Source: Alphaproteobacteria bacterium
GTDB taxonomy: Bacteria > Pseudomonadota > Alphaproteobacteria > Rs-D84
Assembly: GCA_017528045.1 (NCBI GenBank)
Contig: JAFXPG010000014.1
Location: 68,414-132,413 of the forward strand
Direction of reading: 5' to 3'
DNA: 64,000 nt
A model generated the notes under the pieces. It had not been told where the DNA came from, did not search any database, and saw nothing but the letters and a program-made list of their open reading frames with translations. The position numbers were made by a program, and so were the translations under genes. Within the stretch, counting starts at the first letter, position 1, and each line of letters starts with the position of its first letter. Positions 57,679 to 64,000 of the stretch are shown one piece after another.

Positions 57679-58753
57679 AATCAAAACGATAGAATTTTTA
57701 AAAACTGGCTTATCGTTGCAGACTCATATTGGCTGTCCAATAAAGTGTTCTTATTGTGTTGTTACTGGTTTTTATGATGATATGGTCAAAACCCAACAAC
57801 TCGTAGATACGGATACACTGATAAATAACTTAATAAAACATGAATTTTTTAATGACGATGTTATCTTGATGGTGAACAATAAAACAGAAGGTTTTCAACC
57901 AAAGGTTGAAAAATATACTTTTGATATTTTGGATAAACTTAAGAATTATGGAATAAAAAATCCAAAAGTATTGATAACGAAACTTCCGATACCGCTAAGA
58001 TATACAGAATCTTTGACTGATAATAATGTTTTTGTGTTTACAACATATTCTGGCATGCCCGCGTCTATAGAACCAACATCAAACCCAACAAATTTGTCTA
58101 ATATTATAAACAATATCAAAACATTAAGACAGCATTCTGATGTAAGACATGTACATTATTGGCGTCCTATTGTTAGAAATATAAACAGCAGTTCTGATAT
58201 TATTGATAACATATTAGGAAATGTAAACGATGTATTTGATTGTTCTGTTGTATCTGGTATCCGTTTAACACCGGTTATTAAACAGCACCTAGAAAGCCGA
58301 GGGGCAGATTTTTATGATTGGAATGGTGATATTAATCATAAATTTTTACCAGACGATATTTATGATCAAATTATACAATCAAGGAACAAATTATGTCCTG
58401 AATATAAGTTGTTTACAAAGACCAGTTGTTCTATCAGTCATTTATTGGATAGTTTTGATGCGAATTTGAATTTTGTAAAAAGAAATTATAAGTGCTCTGT
58501 TCAATGTCCAAATGGGTCAATATGTAAATCGTACCAGCCACAATATACAGAGAAAGAACGCGAAATATTAAAAAAGTTCGATTTATTGGATTATGCACAT
58601 TTTACAGATGGGGTTTTATACATAAATAAGCCGATTTCCCAAGAATTAAAAGCATTTCTTACTCAAACAATAAAATTAAGAATAATTGTTCCAGAAACAC
58701 TAAAATCTTATACCGAAGGTATTTTCAATGCACGAAATGGGCGTTCTTTGTGA
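57668..58753 (+). CDS. radical SAM enzyme (second, different type)
   Basis: LQTHIGCPIKCSYCVV CxxxCxxC near the N-terminus and a C-terminal Cys cluster (CSVQCPNGSICKS). Overlaps the upstream gene by 11 nt. Confidence 0.7.
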   Translation: MNDEIKTIEFLKTGLSLQTHIGCPIKCSYCVVTGFYDDMVKTQQLVDTDTLINNLIKHEFFNDDVILMVNNKTEGFQPKVEKYTFDILDKLKNYGIKNPKVLITKLPIPLRYTESLTDNNVFVFTTYSGMPASIEPTSNPTNLSNIINNIKTLRQHSDVRHVHYWRPIVRNINSSSDIIDNILGNVNDVFDCSVVSGIRLTPVIKQHLESRGADFYDWNGDINHKFLPDDIYDQIIQSRNKLCPEYKLFTKTSCSISHLLDSFDANLNFVKRNYKCSVQCPNGSICKSYQPQYTEKEREILKKFDLLDYAHFTDGVLYINKPISQELKAFLTQTIKLRIIVPETLKSYTEGIFNARNGRSL

Positions 58754-59258
58754 TTTTCATGGTACTTTGGTAGATGCTAATCATGCATGGATCAAAGCTT
58801 TTGAAACTTATGATATTCCTGATATAAATCAGGTGATTACAGATGTGTATCATAAAGTAAATCGAAAAATAATATGTAATAAGTATGGTATAAATTATGA
58901 AGAAATAAAAAATAAATACATATATTTTTTGGAGGTTCGTTATGAAATAGTTAATCTTGTTAAATTATTAAGTGGCAATACAGGAATAATAATAGTTTCG
59001 AATTCTAGCAGAGAACGTTTGCTCAGGGACATAGATTTTGTAAAACCAAATTTAGATTTGAATATACTGGAAATATTATCCAAAGAAAACGGCAACAAAA
59101 ACGATCCAGATTATATAAATCAGGTGCTAGACAGATATAATTACAGGTCTGCATATTTAGTAGGAAATGACATCAGAGAAGACTTCAACCCATCATTGCG
59201 TATAACAAATATATTTGTCCCATATAAAAATACTATACTTATGAATAAAACCCTATAA
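58728..59258 (+). CDS. HAD-superfamily protein with an atypical motif I (DFHGT)
   Basis: VLCDFHGTLVD, IIIVSNSS, and LVGNDIREDF. Overlaps the upstream gene by 26 nt. Confidence 0.55.
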   Translation: MHEMGVLCDFHGTLVDANHAWIKAFETYDIPDINQVITDVYHKVNRKIICNKYGINYEEIKNKYIYFLEVRYEIVNLVKLLSGNTGIIIVSNSSRERLLRDIDFVKPNLDLNILEILSKENGNKNDPDYINQVLDRYNYRSAYLVGNDIREDFNPSLRITNIFVPYKNTILMNKTL

Positions 59259-60215
59259 AGATATTTTTATCATATTTTTTTCTGTATCAATATATGCTTT
59301 GCCACCGATAGGAAACACAAAGTACGGCATTGTATGCCCAAAATCTAACCCTGTTATAACTGGTATTTGTCCTAATTTAACATGATTATTAAAAAACTCG
59401 CGCAGTCCATCAACAGAAAAATCAGAATTGTTTCTAAATCTGCCCAGCACTATACCTTTCACCTTATCAAAATCTGGCTGTTGCGACAATGAAACAAAAT
59501 TTCGCTTAAATAAATCAATACTCATACCATCGTCTTCTAAAAATAATATTTTGTTTGCTAATCCAGGCATATATGGTGTTCCGAACAACAATGGTAATGT
59601 TCCTATGTTTCCGCCGCCAATTTCACCTTCTGCCTGTCCTGGGTACAACACAACACGTCCAGGATTTTGCATAAAATGCCTATCATCTTGATTTTTGTGC
59701 CATTTATCATCACTCCATTCGTGAGAATCTATAATATCGAATTCACGTCTTTTGTTTTTTACAATATTCATAAAGGCTTGTTCTATATAATCAAACCCTT
59801 GTTGCATAGCAAAATGGCTAAAACAAGGGCCGTATAAATTAATCAATTCTGATTTCTTGAGCAGAGCATTCTGCAATGCAGTTATGTCAGAAAATCCGCA
59901 AAATATTTTCTTATTGTTTTTTATTAAATCATAATCAATATACGGCAATAATTCGTTGGAATTTGCGCCACCAAATGCCGCCATAACCAAATCAATATCC
60001 GGATCTTGAAAAGCATCATGTAAATCTTTGACTCTACTTTGTACACTTGAAGAACCAAACATATCTCGTTCAAAAGCATGTTGCCCGAAAGACACCTTAA
60101 AACCCAATGCTTTCAATCTTGTTTCTGCTAATTCTCTATTGGATTCTGCCAAGTTAGCTAAACTTGCAGCTGGTGCAATTACACGTATATTTACTATGCC
60201 TTTGTTAAAAATCAT
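59253..60215 (-). CDS. S66 peptidase (LD-carboxypeptidase / MccF-like)
   Basis: GFSDITAL nucleophile motif, LFLEDDG, and FGHTMP. Convergent with the HAD gene, with overlapping stops. Confidence 0.8.
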   Translation of the reverse strand: MIFNKGIVNIRVIAPAASLANLAESNRELAETRLKALGFKVSFGQHAFERDMFGSSSVQSRVKDLHDAFQDPDIDLVMAAFGGANSNELLPYIDYDLIKNNKKIFCGFSDITALQNALLKKSELINLYGPCFSHFAMQQGFDYIEQAFMNIVKNKRREFDIIDSHEWSDDKWHKNQDDRHFMQNPGRVVLYPGQAEGEIGGGNIGTLPLLFGTPYMPGLANKILFLEDDGMSIDLFKRNFVSLSQQPDFDKVKGIVLGRFRNNSDFSVDGLREFFNNHVKLGQIPVITGLDFGHTMPYFVFPIGGKAYIDTEKNMIKISL

Positions 60216-60343
60216 AACTTACATCCTTTATCAGTCTAAATATATGTATTGTATACCAAATAAAAACCAATTTTTCAACTTATTTTAACTTGACTTCTGG
60301 CTACTTTAGAGCGGTAATTGGACGATGTTATAAAGGAGTCGAT

Positions 60344-60769
60344 ATGTCTTATAAAGACAACCTGCCAAAGACGATAGATGAGCTAAAAGCCTTGTCTTTT
60401 GATGAACGGGCACGATTGTGGGCAAAATACTCACAATACCCATTTAAACGGCAAATGCGGTCGCTTTGGTATTACATTCAATGTGACCGCCTAAACCTGC
60501 GAATTGAGCATAAATATCTTGTACAAATCCGCAAATACAAAGATGATCCAGAAAAATGCTTAACCAGTGTCCAAAAAAATAAATATAACTTTGTTCCTGG
60601 CACCATTTTAACACGATATTTCAAGGGCATAAAATACACTATCTTAGTCAATGATGATGGCAGTTTTTCATATAACGGTGACAAATATTCAACATTGTCG
60701 GGGGTAGCAACTAAGATCGCTGGTATGAAACTATCCGGACCAAAATTTTTTAATCTAGCCACAAAATGA
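60344..60769 (+). CDS. DUF2924-like protein (recombinase-associated)
   Basis: PGTILTRYFKGIKYTILVNDDGSFSYNGDKYSTLSGVATKIAGMKLSGPKFFNL. AAGGAG RBS. Start placed at MSYKD. Confidence 0.6.
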   Translation: MSYKDNLPKTIDELKALSFDERARLWAKYSQYPFKRQMRSLWYYIQCDRLNLRIEHKYLVQIRKYKDDPEKCLTSVQKNKYNFVPGTILTRYFKGIKYTILVNDDGSFSYNGDKYSTLSGVATKIAGMKLSGPKFFNLATK

Positions 60770-61454
60770 CATTTTTGATGTATGGTATTAATTCTTCCAT
60801 AAGACTTGATTGTTTGAATTCTACACCCGTATGGCTTTCTGCATTATTACCGCTACCGTCATCATAAATTTCTACAGTTGTAGAGGTATGAACTTTTATA
60901 AAGTAAAGCCCAGTGCGTAGTAATGCGTATCGTATAGTATTTATATCTGCAGGAATTTTTAGTTGTTTTATAAAATTTTCTCTGTCTTCTCGCCATAATT
61001 TGTGATTTTCACACTCGTATATCTCTGTAACGCCATTTTTAACAACCACTGATGTTTCATCAGAATGTTTAGGTTGAGGGTTTAAAATGGGCCAGAGATC
61101 ATAAGCGATAACTTTTATTTCTTCTTCTGTTAATCCTTCTAAAATTTGAGCAAATTTTAAAAAGTTTTGAGCAGTTAATTTATTATTGTTATGCAAACCT
61201 GCGATCATGGCACATAGTAGGCGTAAATTATTTTTAGCAATTCCTTCCATAGCATCTTTCTGCAATCTGTAACTTATCCCCACTAAATCATCACTATCAA
61301 CATTAGAAAAATCTCCTTGTCTTATTTCTGATAAAATAATCTCCCTTAACATTGTTATTTTCTTCTTTTTATACTTATTCCAAAAAAATTCAACTCCCCT
61401 TGCTAAAGGATTATTTGTAAGTTTATCTATTGTGCTTAGAAAGTTCATAATCAC
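60750..61454 (-). CDS. hypothetical protein (234 aa)
   Basis: ORF divergent from the recombinase gene. No family recognised. Confidence 0.45.
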   Translation of the reverse strand: MIMNFLSTIDKLTNNPLARGVEFFWNKYKKKKITMLREIILSEIRQGDFSNVDSDDLVGISYRLQKDAMEGIAKNNLRLLCAMIAGLHNNNKLTAQNFLKFAQILEGLTEEEIKVIAYDLWPILNPQPKHSDETSVVVKNGVTEIYECENHKLWREDRENFIKQLKIPADINTIRYALLRTGLYFIKVHTSTTVEIYDDGSGNNAESHTGVEFKQSSLMEELIPYIKNVILWLD

Positions 61455-61557
61455 TCCTTTTGTATCAAATATACGTTTTTTTACGCTTTTTTCAATCTAA
61501 TTAACTTGACTAATCACTTAATACAAGCACTAATTGCAAGCAATATAGGAGTTAAAC

Positions 61558-63186
61558 ATGACAATTAAATGCGCTATTTATACCCGTAAATCAACCGAGC
61601 ACGGTCTTGAACAAGAATTTAATTCTTTGCAAAACCAAGAAGAGTCGTGCAAGGCATATATAGCTTCACAATCGTTTAATGGTTGGCAATATTATAAGAC
61701 ATACAGTGATGCGGCGATTTCTGGTGGGACTATGGAACGGCCTGCATTAAAACAAATGTTGGATGATATGGCACATGGGTTAGTAAATACTGTGGTAGTG
61801 TATAAGGTTGATCGATTATCGCGTTCAATCTTGGATTTCCACAATATGATGAAATATTTTGAAAAATACGGTGCAAATTTCGTGTCTATTACCCAGTCAT
61901 TTGATACCAGTACATCTATGGGTAAATTGACATTGAATATGCTGTTATCATTCGCACAGTTCGAACGTGAAGTATCAAGTGAACGTGTGCGTGATAAAAT
62001 CCGTGCATCAAAAGCCAAAGGCCTATGGATGGGCGGTGCACCACGTTTGGGTTATGACCTGATAAACAAAAAATTGGTAGTAAACCCAACCGAAGCAGAA
62101 CAAGTGCGACATCTGTTTGAGAAATACCTAGAACTGCAATCTGTAAACGATTTAACTGAATACGCACGGCAAAATGGTATATATGGTAAACGCTGGAAAA
62201 CCAATAAACGAAAAATACGTGGTGGCAATCCTATTGCTAAAATGAGTATGCATCGCATTCTGCGGGATAAAGTTTACATAGGTCAAATTGAAAATAAAAA
62301 AGAAGGCACTTTTGCCAAAGGTGAACACGAACCGATTATTTCTACAGAACTATTTAATCGTGTCCAAATTGCGCTGGCTAATAATGCGAATAATAAATCA
62401 CCAAGCACACATGCACCAAATATACTGACAGGTAAATTATTTAATCACAATGGCACAAAGTTTATCAACCAACGCACAAGTGGCAAAGGCAAAAAGACAA
62501 CATATTACTATGCGACGAAAGGATTCTATCTGACCGCAGCACGCGTTGATGAAATAGTGATAAAAACAATAACCAATTTTCTGAACAGTGACATGTCAAA
62601 TTTGCCCATAAACCTGGCAACTATATTAAAACGAATTGATGTTACAAACATGAATTTCGCAGATAAACGCAATTTGATTCAATCATTGGTTGAAAAACTT
62701 GTGTATTCGCAGGAACAGCTGATTTATACAATTACGACCAACGGCACAAAACTGCAACAATTTGTATCTGAAAATTATATGAATCCAAACACAGACAAAA
62801 TGGAATACATAATTGGTGATAACAGCATAACAATCACAGAGAAAGTATTCCTTCGTAAATATGTGAATACAGTATATGACCGTGGTAAAAATGGTGTACT
62901 AAACGTCATTGACAATAACCATCTGATTCTGAAAGCCTTCGCCACCGCATGGAAATATAGGGAACTATATGAACAAGACGACAATGTAGATAAGGTTATA
63001 CGTGCCGTCCGCACATCGTCAAGATTGTTTTATAAATATTTGGCACTGGCATATCTTAACCCACAAATAGTAAATAAACTGTTAAGTGGAAAATCCAAGA
63101 TATCAGTTAGAGACATTTTAGACAAAGCATCTAATGAACACGATTTAATAAAACAAATAAAAATATTTAGTGCCCAAGTACTTTGA
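61558..63186 (+). CDS. large serine recombinase
   Basis: AIYTRKSTEHGLEQEFNSLQNQ, VVVYKVDRLSRS, FAQFEREVSSERVRDK, and a recombinase domain GGAPRLGYD. 542 aa. Confidence 0.9.
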   Translation: MTIKCAIYTRKSTEHGLEQEFNSLQNQEESCKAYIASQSFNGWQYYKTYSDAAISGGTMERPALKQMLDDMAHGLVNTVVVYKVDRLSRSILDFHNMMKYFEKYGANFVSITQSFDTSTSMGKLTLNMLLSFAQFEREVSSERVRDKIRASKAKGLWMGGAPRLGYDLINKKLVVNPTEAEQVRHLFEKYLELQSVNDLTEYARQNGIYGKRWKTNKRKIRGGNPIAKMSMHRILRDKVYIGQIENKKEGTFAKGEHEPIISTELFNRVQIALANNANNKSPSTHAPNILTGKLFNHNGTKFINQRTSGKGKKTTYYYATKGFYLTAARVDEIVIKTITNFLNSDMSNLPINLATILKRIDVTNMNFADKRNLIQSLVEKLVYSQEQLIYTITTNGTKLQQFVSENYMNPNTDKMEYIIGDNSITITEKVFLRKYVNTVYDRGKNGVLNVIDNNHLILKAFATAWKYRELYEQDDNVDKVIRAVRTSSRLFYKYLALAYLNPQIVNKLLSGKSKISVRDILDKASNEHDLIKQIKIFSAQVL

Positions 63187-63982
63187 GTAATGGTTCATTT
63201 TTTGCAAATTTTATATATTCGTTTTTCAATTTTATAAAAAACCAATCTCGTATAGCTGCATTTTTAAATTCGTATTGTAATCTAGAAAAAACGGCTGTTT
63301 CATTAAACGTTTCATCATTGATTAAATATTTCCAAATAGTTGATACATGTGCTTTAGCAGTAATCTTTAATATTCTTTTTTTAGGATATAATGACGTTGC
63401 ATAATCATATAATACCAAGCATATTGCTATAAGTCGTTTTATAATCATGGTTTCTTGTTCTTCTTCTCTATCTAATCGTTCAGTATAAAATTTATATCCG
63501 TATTTATGTGAGTAATTGTCTCTAGAATCTCTATATCTTTTTGCCCAATATAAATCATTCTTTAATCTGTTTAAATCGTAACTAACTTCTGGTAAATCAA
63601 CAATAATTTTATTGGCAATTCTCAATATCTCTTCAATATTAGTATCATCTTTAAAAACAAAAATCTGTCTTTCTCCAAATGTTTTTTCAGTTTCTTTCTT
63701 ATATTCAATAACTTCATTAAGATTATCTTTTTGATTTTCTATGCATTGAAATAAGTTTGCCAATAATATGTTTAAATCTTTTATTTGTTCCTCATCTTTT
63801 GTTTTTTTATTGTCTTTAAGTTTATCTTTTCTTTCTTGATAATAGAGATAGAAGGTGCCAAACATAGAAATATAAGCAGGAATTGTTGCAGCAAGTACGG
63901 TTTCCCATTGACTCGGTTTTAATAGGTCTATTAACAGCGCCATATCTGTAACTGGTATATTCATTGTTAGATCTAACGACAT
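63167..63982 (-). CDS. hypothetical protein (271 aa) with one N-terminal TM
   Basis: ORF convergent with the recombinase gene and overlapping its 3' end by 20 nt. No family recognised. Confidence 0.4.
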   Translation of the reverse strand: MSLDLTMNIPVTDMALLIDLLKPSQWETVLAATIPAYISMFGTFYLYYQERKDKLKDNKKTKDEEQIKDLNILLANLFQCIENQKDNLNEVIEYKKETEKTFGERQIFVFKDDTNIEEILRIANKIIVDLPEVSYDLNRLKNDLYWAKRYRDSRDNYSHKYGYKFYTERLDREEEQETMIIKRLIAICLVLYDYATSLYPKKRILKITAKAHVSTIWKYLINDETFNETAVFSRLQYEFKNAAIRDWFFIKLKNEYIKFAKNEPLLKVLGH

Positions 63983-64000
63983 TTTGTTTCCTTTTATTTT

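Larger units (their letters stand above)
49432..64000. mobile_element. degraded prophage-like integrative island with a large serine recombinase; boundaries unresolved and it may extend past the window
   Basis: ParB-methylase, DUF5681-like small terminase, broken large terminase, DUF2924-like gene plus serine recombinase, and orphan cargo genes. It starts right after the core gene lgt. No att repeats identified. Confidence 0.5.

Noticed and set aside
1-64000. CRISPR arrays, rRNA genes, IS elements or transposase genes
   Set aside because: I found no regularly spaced direct repeats with unique spacers. The only tandem repeats are coding or very short. No rRNA-like or transposase-like sequence was recognised on either strand.

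Overview
The window is a visibly AT-rich bacterial chromosome segment. Gene content and protein sequences look alphaproteobacterial, possibly Rickettsiales- or Holosporales-like, but taxonomy is only an inference. From left to right it contains five blocks. (1) A virB8-virB9-virB10 type IV secretion operon with unusually extended VirB9 and VirB10. (2) The conserved tRNA-Trp-secE-nusG-rplKAJL-rpoBC block, then rpmF-plsX. (3) A long housekeeping and envelope stretch: an orphan mraZ, ldh, proS, olsBA ornithine-lipid genes, a lytic transglycosylase, three beta-barrel OMP genes, hemW, an M13 peptidase, IHF, a U32 peptidase, glyQS, ferredoxin, a BI-1 family protein and lgt. tRNA-Arg(CCT), tRNA-Thr(TGT) and several secreted Cys-rich orphan proteins are interspersed. 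(4) A GC-rich structured segment just after lgt, bracketed by two near-identical bidirectional terminators. (5) From about 49.4 kb to the window end, a degraded prophage-like island. It carries a ParB-domain DNA methylase, a DUF5681-like small terminase, a large terminase broken by one in-frame TAA, and a DUF2924-like gene plus a large serine recombinase. The most interesting content is island cargo: a translationally coupled four-gene operon with a convergent MccF-like S66 peptidase gene. The operon encodes a B12-domain radical SAM enzyme, a LysRS-like class II aaRS paralogue, a second radical SAM enzyme and an atypical HAD protein. I cannot assign this combination to any described pathway. 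Next to it lies a promoter-driven, GC-rich structured leader or sRNA with an intrinsic terminator, upstream of an unannotated 58-aa membrane ORF. No CRISPR array, rRNA or IS element was seen. All calls come from reading the translations and sequence by eye; no searches were run.
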